Shown: piece by piece, positions 19,969 through 28,251 of the stretch
How the letters are laid out: each line of letters begins with the position of its first letter
Position numbering within the stretch: the first letter of the stretch is position 1
Assembly (NCBI GenBank): GCA_018649625.1
Contig: JABIHN010000012.1
Coordinates: forward strand, 10,782-74,781
Source of the DNA: Fidelibacterota bacterium
Lineage (GTDB): Bacteria > Fidelibacterota > Marinisomatia > Marinisomatales > UBA1611
DNA length: 64,000 nucleotides
Direction: 5' to 3'
Translations under genes and position numbers: made by a program
Notes under the pieces: model-generated
The model's database searches: none
What the model was told of the DNA's origin: nothing
Seen by the model: the letters and a program-made list of their open reading frames with translations, nothing else

Positions 19969-20049
19969 TCTAATTCAAATTTATATTTTATCTCCTTTGG
20001 TGTCATTTAGCAACTTCTGTATTTTCAGTTCAACATAAAAAGGGAAATC

Positions 20050-20793
20050 ATGGCAGGACATAGTAAGTGGGCAAATATAAAACATCGAAAGGGCGCTCAA
20101 GACGCCAAGCGCGGAAAAATATTTACAAAAATAATAAAAGAGATTACAGTTGCAGCTCGGCTAGGTGGTGGTGATCTTGACGCTAATCCAAGATTAAGAA
20201 AAGCGGTCTCCAACGGGAAATCTAATAATTTACCAATTGATAATATTACAAGGGCCATTAAAAAAGGGACAGGTGAATTAGAAGGTGTTGCCTACGAAGA
20301 AATGACTTACGAAGGATATGGGCCGGGTGGAGTTGCAATTATTATGGACATCATTACAGATAATAAGAATCGTACAGTAGCAGAAGTTCGACATTTACTT
20401 TCTAAATATGGTGGAAATTTGGGTGAAACTGGAAGTGTTGCATGGATATTTGATAAAAAAGGTCAAATTATATTAGATAGTCAATCAGGTGCAGAAGAAA
20501 TTGTGTTTGAAGCGGCATTAGAAGCTGGAGCAGAAGATTTTGAAGCCGAAGATGGATTCTATACCATTATAACTGAACCTGCTATTTTAATGACAGTGAG
20601 AGATTCCCTTGAAAAATCTGGGTATGAAATTCGATCAGCAGAAATTGAATTGGTTCCGAAAACATTCCAGATACTTGAAGGGAAAGAAGCTCAGTCTGCG
20701 CTCATGCTTTTGGATTCTTTAGAAGATAATGATGATATTAATAAGTTATATTCCAATTTTGATGTAGATGAAGAAACATTGTTGCAAGATTGA
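20050..20793 (+). CDS. YebC/PmpR-family transcriptional regulator
   Basis: 'MAGHSKWANIKHRKGAQDAKRGKIFTK', 'YEGYGPGGVAI'. Upstream of ruvC as usual. Confidence 0.93.
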   Translation: MAGHSKWANIKHRKGAQDAKRGKIFTKIIKEITVAARLGGGDLDANPRLRKAVSNGKSNNLPIDNITRAIKKGTGELEGVAYEEMTYEGYGPGGVAIIMDIITDNKNRTVAEVRHLLSKYGGNLGETGSVAWIFDKKGQIILDSQSGAEEIVFEAALEAGAEDFEAEDGFYTIITEPAILMTVRDSLEKSGYEIRSAEIELVPKTFQILEGKEAQSALMLLDSLEDNDDINKLYSNFDVDEETLLQD

Positions 20794-20796
20794 TAT

Positions 20797-21273
20797 ATGC
20801 GTATCCTAGGAGTTGATCCCGGATTAGGTATTACAGGTTTTAGTATTTTAGATACAAAGCGGAATCAAACGCATTTATCTGCTTATGGAACTATTAAACC
20901 AAAGGCTAAAGATAGTTTACCCAAACGTCTCAATTATTTATTTGAAGAAATGAATAAGATTTTAGATCAGTTTTTACCCGATGTAATGGCAATTGAAGAT
21001 GCTTTTTATAGTAAAAATGTTAAATCTGCTATGACCTTAGGACAGGCAAGGGGATCTTTAATTATTGCAGCTGCCCAAGCAGATATTCCTATTTATGAAT
21101 TCGCTCCAAGAAAAGTAAAAATGTCTGTTTGCGGGAATGGGGCAGCTTCTAAGGAGCAAGTTTCCTACATGGTAACCCAAATATTAAAACTTAAAGAACC
21201 ACCAAAACCACTTGATATATCCGATGCGATGGCGGTTGGGCTCTGTTACATAAACCAGGCAAAATTCTTATGA
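20797..21273 (+). CDS. ruvC: crossover junction endodeoxyribonuclease RuvC
   Basis: 'MRILGVDPGLGITGF', 'MAIEDAFYSKN', 'DISDAMAVG'. Confidence 0.92.
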   Translation: MRILGVDPGLGITGFSILDTKRNQTHLSAYGTIKPKAKDSLPKRLNYLFEEMNKILDQFLPDVMAIEDAFYSKNVKSAMTLGQARGSLIIAAAQADIPIYEFAPRKVKMSVCGNGAASKEQVSYMVTQILKLKEPPKPLDISDAMAVGLCYINQAKFL

Positions 21274-21872
21274 TTGATCAACTGAAAGGTATAGTAGAAC
21301 AAAAAACGCTTAATTACGCAGTCTTATTTGTGAATGGTGTTGGCTATAAGTTAACCATGTCCATTAACGGTTTAGATTCTCTTCCATCCAAAGGGAAAGA
21401 AGCGCATGTATTAACTTATCTTCATGTACGTGAAGATATATTAAACCTGTATGGATTCGCCAATGAGAAGGAACGGAACGCATTTCATTTATTAGTTTCT
21501 ATTAGTGGAATTGGACCAAAACTTGGTTTAACAATTTTATCTGGGATTGACCCAAGCAGATTAAAGGATCGTGTGATTGCAGGAGATATTGCAGCGTTAA
21601 CTTCTGTCTCGGGTGTTGGTGCAAAAACTGCAAAACGAATTATTGTAGAATTAAAAGAAAAATTTATTAAAACAAATGATGATTCGTTGGGGTTTGATGA
21701 AGAGTCTGGGGCAGAATCTTCTTTATTCAAAGATGTAGTTAATGCGCTCACTTCACTTGGATATAAGGTTAATCATGCTAAAAGAGCCTGTGAAGCATTG
21801 GATAAAAAAGGGGAATTGAAGGGTGAATTGGAAACAGTAATCAAAAAAGCTCTTCAACAACTCATATCTTAG
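21270..21872 (+). CDS. ruvA: Holliday junction DNA helicase subunit RuvA
   Basis: 'MIDQLKGIV', HhH motifs 'ISGIGPKLGLTILS' and 'VSGVGAKTAKRIIVELK'. Overlaps the ruvC stop. Confidence 0.92.
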   Translation: MIDQLKGIVEQKTLNYAVLFVNGVGYKLTMSINGLDSLPSKGKEAHVLTYLHVREDILNLYGFANEKERNAFHLLVSISGIGPKLGLTILSGIDPSRLKDRVIAGDIAALTSVSGVGAKTAKRIIVELKEKFIKTNDDSLGFDEESGAESSLFKDVVNALTSLGYKVNHAKRACEALDKKGELKGELETVIKKALQQLIS

Positions 21873-21909
21873 TGAGAAAAAAACAAACAACTTAATTTGA
21901 ATAACAAAT

Positions 21910-23004
21910 ATGATTGAAAAAAAAACACCTATATACAATCGACATATGCAATTAGGTGGGCATATTGTGAATTTTGGTGGATATTTATTACCGACTCATT
22001 ATTCAGGGATTAATCTTGAACATCATGCAGTAAGAACCGATGCTGGTTTATTCGATGTGAGCCATATGGGTGAGTTTATTATTTCAGGGGCCGATGCTGA
22101 AAAATTTCTTCAAAAAATGACAGTAAATGATATTTCAATGTTATCGTATGGTCAGGCACAATATTCAGTCATGTGTTATGACGATGGTGGCATTGTTGAC
22201 GATTTATTGATTTATAAAAAAGAAAATCATTTTATGTTGGTCGTAAATGCGTCCAATTTAAAAAAAGACTTGGATTGGTTGAACTCTCATATAGAAGGAA
22301 ATGTTCAAATAAAAGATGTTAGTGAACAAATCGGATTATTAGCACTCCAAGGTCCCCAGTCTCGAGCTATCCTCCAAAAACTTACAGATTCAAATTTAAA
22401 TAATCTCCAATTCTACAATTTTGAAGATGGAAAAGTCTTAGGGAAAGAAGCGTTGATTTCTAGAACAGGTTACACGGGAGAAATGGGTTTTGAACTATAT
22501 GCCAAGATAGAAAATATTCTTGAATTGTGGGATGCACTCATGGATATCGGAAGCGACAAAAAAATAATTGCTTGTGGATTAGGATGTAGAGATACATTGA
22601 GAATGGAAATGAAGTATTGTTTATATGGCAATGATATCAATAAAAGAACAAATCCATTTGAAGCCGGATTGGCTTGGATTACAAAATTAAATAAAGATAA
22701 TTTTATAGGAAAAAAATCATTATTAAAAGCAAAGGAATCTATCAAACGAAAATTAGTTGCTATATCCATGACAGAACGTGCTATTCCGCGAAATGGGTGT
22801 CCAGTTATGCTGGACGGTGAAATCATTGGAGAAATCACCAGTGGAACCATGAGCCCAACACTCCAAAAAGGAATTGGAATCGCATATATAAACATTCCAT
22901 ATAATAAAGTAGGAACAGAATTGTTGATAGATATTCGAGGGAAAATGAAAACAGCAATCGTAGTAAAACCACCGTTTTATAAGGCGGGAACTGTTTTAGA
23001 CTAA
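21910..23004 (+). CDS. gcvT: glycine cleavage system aminomethyltransferase GcvT
   Basis: 'TPIYNRHMQLGG', 'HHAVRTDAGLFDVSHMGEF', 'SRTGYTGEMGFELY', 'CGLGCRDTLRMEM'. Confidence 0.93.
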   Translation: MIEKKTPIYNRHMQLGGHIVNFGGYLLPTHYSGINLEHHAVRTDAGLFDVSHMGEFIISGADAEKFLQKMTVNDISMLSYGQAQYSVMCYDDGGIVDDLLIYKKENHFMLVVNASNLKKDLDWLNSHIEGNVQIKDVSEQIGLLALQGPQSRAILQKLTDSNLNNLQFYNFEDGKVLGKEALISRTGYTGEMGFELYAKIENILELWDALMDIGSDKKIIACGLGCRDTLRMEMKYCLYGNDINKRTNPFEAGLAWITKLNKDNFIGKKSLLKAKESIKRKLVAISMTERAIPRNGCPVMLDGEIIGEITSGTMSPTLQKGIGIAYINIPYNKVGTELLIDIRGKMKTAIVVKPPFYKAGTVLD

Positions 23005-23026
23005 ACAAATAATAAGGAGAATAACC

Positions 23027-26000
23027 ATGAAAAATATCAAAATGTTAAGTGGACTTATCGTAATCTTATTTGTGAGCGTTGCTACGCTTCAAATGAGTTA
23101 TAATTCAACTGATTCGCGCGTAGAGTTCGAAGAATATTTAGCCAATCATCCCTTTAATCAACGGGAGCATTTAACGCCAAAACAATGGAAAAAGAAACTT
23201 GTTAAAAAAGACAGACCCGATTTGGCTTGGGAACAGGATTTTTTAATGACAATGGACCCTGCGATCAAAACCGTTCCAAAAGAACGTTTATTTGAAGCTT
23301 ATCAATATGCAGAAGAACTTAGAGCGTCAATGCCAGTAAATAGAGATGCAAGTTGGACGGAACATGGCCCCAGTAATGTGGCGGGTCGTTCACGAGCAAT
23401 GATGTTTGACCCTAATGATTTTGAAAATAAGAAATTTTGGGCAGGATCTGTTTCTGGTGGATTATGGTTTACGGACGATATTACAGTAAGTAATCCAACT
23501 TGGATAGCTGTAGATGGTTTTTGGGAAAATATAGCTATATCAACTATGGCTTATGACCCATCTAACACACTAGTATTTTATGTGGGTACTGGCGAAGGCT
23601 GGGGAAATGGTGGCGCAGTTCAAGGAAACGGAATATTCAAAACTGAAGATGGTGGAAATTCTTGGACTCAACTATCAAGCACCATGGGTGATGATACTTT
23701 TGATTTTATACAAAAAATTGTTGTAGATGAAAATGGAAATATATTTGCAGCCACTCGCCCTGGGTATTGGTGGGGTGGAAATGGTGGAATTTATAAATCA
23801 TCTGATGGAGGAAATAGTTGGGCTCAAGTATTAACCGGAAGTACAGATTATCCAAAAGGTGCAGATATTGAAATAGCTGCTGATGGCGCACTTTATGCAT
23901 CTTTAGGGATTTTTTCAACGGATGGTCTTTTTAAAAGTGTTAATAATGGCGAAACTTGGTCTCAATTAAATTCAGAATCAAATGGATTTCCTAGTGATTT
24001 TGAACGTATTGAAATCGCATGTGCACCTTCTGATGCGAATATTGTATATGCTCTTTGTGCTGGTGGATCTGGTTCTAGTGATATGTTGGGTTTTGTCCGT
24101 TCTGATGACGGTGGCTCTTCATGGACAAATGTAACGATGCCTTTAAATGAAGATGAGAATCATTTTACACGAGGACAATCTTGGTATGATTTGATTGCAA
24201 TTGTCCATCCATCGGACGCCCAAACTGTTTATGTCGGTGGTATTGATTTACATAAGACAACCGATGGTGGTTCTATATGGAATATGGTATCTCATTGGTA
24301 TGGTGGATTTGATTTACCTGAAGTTCATGCTGATCAGCATGCTATGGCTTTTCGCCCAGGTGATTCTGAGTATGTTGTTTTTGGAAATGATGGTGGTATT
24401 CATGTGACAGAAGATGGTGGTAGTACTTTTAGTCATAGAAATAATGGATATAATGTGACTCAATTTTATTCAGTTGCCATGCATCCAACTGATGAAACTA
24501 GTTATTTTTTAGCTGGAGCTCAGGATAATGGTACTCAACAATTTGTAGATGCAAGTGGCATTGTAGCCACTAATGAAGTAACTGGAGGTGATGGTGCATT
24601 TTGCTTTATTGACCAAATAAATCCGAATTATCAAATCACATCGTATGTGTATAATGCCTATTATTTAAGTACGGATGGTGGAAATGAATTTTGGGGAATA
24701 ACATCCGGGCAAAGTGGTCGTTTTATTAACCCAACTGATTACGATAGTGATGCAAATATATTGTATACTGCTTATGATAATACATCAATTTGGGCTGTCA
24801 CTATTCCTCAGGATGGAAGTGATATATCCGAAATAACCATTACGATGGATGATCTAGGAGATATTGCATCTCATCTTAGAGTCTCTGAGTTTACAGATCA
24901 TACTCTATTTGTAGGTACGGGAGCAGGTCGTGTATTTAAAATGACAAATGCAACAGATTCTGAACCAACTATTTTAGATATTACAGGTTCAGGTTTTCCA
25001 AATGGTTACGTTTCCTGTATAGAAATAGGAGAATCAGAAGACCAACTTTTAGTTACTTTTTCTAATTATGGCGTTTCTTCCGTTTGGGAAACATTAGATG
25101 GTGGATCTACATGGGCGCAAAAAGAAGGTAATCTTCCCGATATGCCTATTCGGTGGGCTGTGTATAACCCAACGAATCGGAATGAAGTCCTTTTAGCGAC
25201 AGAACTGGGAGTTTGGAATAGCATTGATTTTAATTCTTCTGCACCAAGTTGGTTGCCATCAAACACGGGCTTAGCTAATGTAAGAACTGATATGTTTCAA
25301 ATTCGTGCTGATAATCTAGTCGCTGCCGCAACACATGGACGAGGGTTGTTCACAAGTGATGGTTTTCAAAAAATTCCGGTTGCATCTTTTAGCACAGATG
25401 CTATTTCTATTAGTATGAGCTCTGACACGACGAGTGAAGAATCATTTACTATTTCCAATATAGGAGAAGAAGGATCTGTTTTGAATTATCAAATTGGACT
25501 TGAGTTTTTCAATTTATTAACAGATACAAATCTATCTGAAACTTTTGATGGTGAAAATATTCCTGCTGAATGGACTTTATCTACAAATACCGTAGGTTGG
25601 CAGTTTGGTACTACAAGTGGAAGTTATTTTAATCCGCCAGACAATGGTGGTGGTAATTATGCGTTTGTAAATGATGATGCAAATGGACAGGGAAGTGATG
25701 GTAGTGCAGACTATTTAATTATGCCATTATTGAATTTATCAAATGCTGGATCTGCAACGTTGAAATTTTCATCTTATCTTCCTCCTGAACAATTTAATAT
25801 AACCCATCATGGCTCAGTTGAAGTTTCAGTAAATGGAACAGATTGGAATTCAATATTTTCGGCGCCAAATGGGGCTAATTGGTCTGATGTTGAAATTGAT
25901 TTGTCCATTTATGTTGGACAATCAATTTATTTACGATTTCATTCAGATGATAGTGGAGCTTGGGCGTATGGTTGGGCTATTGATAATATTCTAATAGAAA

Positions 26001-26491
26001 CGACATCAGCATGGGTTTCAGTCAATCCTTTTTTTGGCTTTATAGAAGCAAATGCTTCAGAAACTATAATTACTACATTTAATTCAAGTGGTTTACCCGG
26101 TGATATTTATACCGCAAATATGCTTGTGACACATACAGCTGGTGTAGACACAATTGTTGTTACGATGGATTTATCTGGATCCGTCGGTATAGACGAAGGT
26201 GGTTATATTCCTGATGCTTTTGCATTACATCAGAATTTTCCAAATCCGTTTAACCCGATGACGACATTACGTTATGAATTACCAGAACAGACATTTGTAA
26301 ATATTACCATTTATGATATGCTTGGAAAAAAAGTAAAAACATTGGTGAATCAAACACAGGGCGCAGGAACTAAAACTCTAAAATGGAATGCTACCAATAA
26401 TTATGGTAAATCTGTTAGTGCTGGCATGTATTTAATTACTTTACATGCTGGAGATTATAAGAAGAATATTAAAATCACATTGTTGAAGTAA
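23027..26491 (+). CDS. secreted BNR/Asp-box repeat protein with MAM/choice-of-anchor-J-like domain and T9SS C-terminal sorting domain
   Basis: Signal peptide. Seven Asp-box motifs (TEDGGNSW, SSDGGNSW, SVNNGETW, SDDGGSSW, TTDGGSIW, TEDGGSTF, TLDGGSTW). Beta-sandwich 'ADYLIMPLLNL...YLRFHSDDSGAWAYGWAIDNILIE'. C-terminal 'ALHQNFPNPFNPMTTLRYELPE...ITIYDMLGKKVKTLVN...GMYLITLHAGDY'. Confidence 0.8.
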   Translation: MKNIKMLSGLIVILFVSVATLQMSYNSTDSRVEFEEYLANHPFNQREHLTPKQWKKKLVKKDRPDLAWEQDFLMTMDPAIKTVPKERLFEAYQYAEELRASMPVNRDASWTEHGPSNVAGRSRAMMFDPNDFENKKFWAGSVSGGLWFTDDITVSNPTWIAVDGFWENIAISTMAYDPSNTLVFYVGTGEGWGNGGAVQGNGIFKTEDGGNSWTQLSSTMGDDTFDFIQKIVVDENGNIFAATRPGYWWGGNGGIYKSSDGGNSWAQVLTGSTDYPKGADIEIAADGALYASLGIFSTDGLFKSVNNGETWSQLNSESNGFPSDFERIEIACAPSDANIVYALCAGGSGSSDMLGFVRSDDGGSSWTNVTMPLNEDENHFTRGQSWYDLIAIVHPSDAQTVYVGGIDLHKTTDGGSIWNMVSHWYGGFDLPEVHADQHAMAFRPGDSEYVVFGNDGGIHVTEDGGSTFSHRNNGYNVTQFYSVAMHPTDETSYFLAGAQDNGTQQFVDASGIVATNEVTGGDGAFCFIDQINPNYQITSYVYNAYYLSTDGGNEFWGITSGQSGRFINPTDYDSDANILYTAYDNTSIWAVTIPQDGSDISEITITMDDLGDIASHLRVSEFTDHTLFVGTGAGRVFKMTNATDSEPTILDITGSGFPNGYVSCIEIGESEDQLLVTFSNYGVSSVWETLDGGSTWAQKEGNLPDMPIRWAVYNPTNRNEVLLATELGVWNSIDFNSSAPSWLPSNTGLANVRTDMFQIRADNLVAAATHGRGLFTSDGFQKIPVASFSTDAISISMSSDTTSEESFTISNIGEEGSVLNYQIGLEFFNLLTDTNLSETFDGENIPAEWTLSTNTVGWQFGTTSGSYFNPPDNGGGNYAFVNDDANGQGSDGSADYLIMPLLNLSNAGSATLKFSSYLPPEQFNITHHGSVEVSVNGTDWNSIFSAPNGANWSDVEIDLSIYVGQSIYLRFHSDDSGAWAYGWAIDNILIETTSAWVSVNPFFGFIEANASETIITTFNSSGLPGDIYTANMLVTHTAGVDTIVVTMDLSGSVGIDEGGYIPDAFALHQNFPNPFNPMTTLRYELPEQTFVNITIYDMLGKKVKTLVNQTQGAGTKTLKWNATNNYGKSVSAGMYLITLHAGDYKKNIKITLLK

Positions 26492-26506
26492 GTTTATTAA
26501 ACGTCT

Positions 26507-26556
26507 AAAAAGCTTACTCATTGACTATACTCAATGAGTAGGCTTTTTGTTTTTTT
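26507..26556 (+). terminator. Rho-independent terminator after the T9SS cargo gene
   Basis: 13-bp stem (26512-26524 pairs with 26531-26543, one G-U), 6-nt loop, then 'TTTTTGTTTTTTT' (26544-26556). An A-run lies just upstream (26507-26511). Confidence 0.85.
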
Positions 26557-26679
26557 AATCGATTGATTAAATATATCCTGTATTAGATCCATGATTTATA
26601 ACACTTAAACTCATCTTGAATTACTCATTGTTCACTGAGATACCATAGGGTAATTTTCCTGACTAATATCTCCTAAATA

Positions 26680-28236
26680 ATGCGTTTTAAATCCATATTA
26701 ATTTTTATCATTTTGGTTGTCCAAAATTTACCGGCACAATCAGACATGTCAATGCAAGGTGCATTTGGTGCCGTTACTATTGATGGAAAAATTTGGAATC
26801 AAATAGCTTTGCGACCTATTTTGCCCTTCGGAAAACTCTCAATTGCATTAGACCTTGTATTTTATATTGACCAAGATGGAAATATTCATAAAGACGAATG
26901 GGATTTTTCCACAGGTGAAAAAGTTAAAAACACATTGATTGATAAAATTTATTATATAAAATATGGGAATCGTTGGGGTGGTAATTATTTTAAAATTGGC
27001 GCGTTGGATAATGTAACAATGGGATATGGAATTTTAATTAGTCAATACACTAATACATTACTTTATCCACAAGTTAGAAAAGTTGGGATGGAATTTGTGG
27101 CTAGAACCATGGGCGTCAAAGTGTATGGATTCACAAACGATTTTAAAGAGAATTTAGGTGTAAGTGGATTTAGAGTTTCTGCACCAATTGCGAATGGTTT
27201 TACAGGAGGCATTTCTTGGGCAGGAGACCGAAATCAATACCTTGGATTACGTGATTCTGATGGTGATGGTCGTCCTGATCTTGTAGATGATTTCCCCAAT
27301 GATAAAATATTTTGGCTTGATACTGATGGTGATGGATTGGCAGATAGTGATGAATTTGAATGGGATATTGATGGTGATGGAATTACGGACACGATTGATA
27401 GTCGAATTCCAGGATGGACATCAGATGAAGTTATTATTCTTGATCATGATATTCAAACAAAGCCTGATCCTCTTAATGTGAATGAAGAATCTGAAGATAT
27501 TAATTCTTTTGCATTAGATGTAGGTCGAAATATTCTTCGTGATGGTCCAATTACCTTAGATATTTATGCTCAATATGCAACATTACTAGGCAAAACAATA
27601 AATCCAATAAATGGAGAGAAAGAATCGGTTGAGTATGGAATTATTCCCTTTGGTTTATCTGCAGGACTTGGCCCAGCTCGATTTAATTTTGAATTTAGAA
27701 TGGTACCAAAAGGAAAATTTGAATTTGGATATTTCAATCGATCTTATGAAATTGAAAGAGCGACATTTTTAAGTAATTCACAAAATCAAGGGAACTTGGT
27801 TACAAAGGCAAGTAAGTTGGGAATATTTGGAAAACAGAATGGATTTTACTCTTCATTAAACATAGATCTTGGAAGTTTATTTGATGCCGGATTTTCCTAT
27901 CAAAATTTAATAGGGGATCAATTTAATTCCTTAACTAATACTTTTGAAAGAACTGATAATCAAAGTTTTACTGCAATTTTAAAACTTACAAAACCAATAA
28001 GTAAGATTAATAAAGCATCCTGGTTTTATCAACAAAGAAATGTACCAAACCCATTTGATTTTGAATATTCTGAATCTACTATAATGGGGTATAATGCAGG
28101 GCTTAAATTAGGAAATGGCATGGTATTAACTTATATTTTCCGACGAACATTTCAAGATTTGAATGGTGACGGAGATGTTAAAGATGATGGCGAAACCATT
28201 AACATGACTGGTATTGAAACCAGTTTTTCATTTTAA
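26680..28236 (+). CDS. putative outer-membrane protein with thrombospondin type-3-like calcium-binding repeats
   Basis: Signal peptide 'LVVQNLPAQS'. D-rich repeats 'DSDGDGRPDLVDDFPND', 'DTDGDGLADSDEF', 'DIDGDGITDTID'. Alternating beta-strand-like C-terminal half ending in the aromatic '...IETSFSF'. Confidence 0.6.
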   Translation: MRFKSILIFIILVVQNLPAQSDMSMQGAFGAVTIDGKIWNQIALRPILPFGKLSIALDLVFYIDQDGNIHKDEWDFSTGEKVKNTLIDKIYYIKYGNRWGGNYFKIGALDNVTMGYGILISQYTNTLLYPQVRKVGMEFVARTMGVKVYGFTNDFKENLGVSGFRVSAPIANGFTGGISWAGDRNQYLGLRDSDGDGRPDLVDDFPNDKIFWLDTDGDGLADSDEFEWDIDGDGITDTIDSRIPGWTSDEVIILDHDIQTKPDPLNVNEESEDINSFALDVGRNILRDGPITLDIYAQYATLLGKTINPINGEKESVEYGIIPFGLSAGLGPARFNFEFRMVPKGKFEFGYFNRSYEIERATFLSNSQNQGNLVTKASKLGIFGKQNGFYSSLNIDLGSLFDAGFSYQNLIGDQFNSLTNTFERTDNQSFTAILKLTKPISKINKASWFYQQRNVPNPFDFEYSESTIMGYNAGLKLGNGMVLTYIFRRTFQDLNGDGDVKDDGETINMTGIETSFSF

Positions 28237-28251
28237 AATAATTTACTCAAC

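Noticed and set aside
21873-21909. I looked for a glycine riboswitch upstream of gcvT.
   Set aside because: The gap is only 37 nt of A-rich sequence, which is far too short for a glycine riboswitch.
22470-22895. 141-aa minus-strand ORF inside gcvT. Similar antisense ORFs occur at 34317-34679, 48572-48955, 11461-11718, 53191-53711 and 58024-58290.
   Set aside because: Each lies entirely within a confidently identified gene on the opposite strand. Their compositions are those expected from reading AT-rich coding DNA in reverse. There is no independent support for them.
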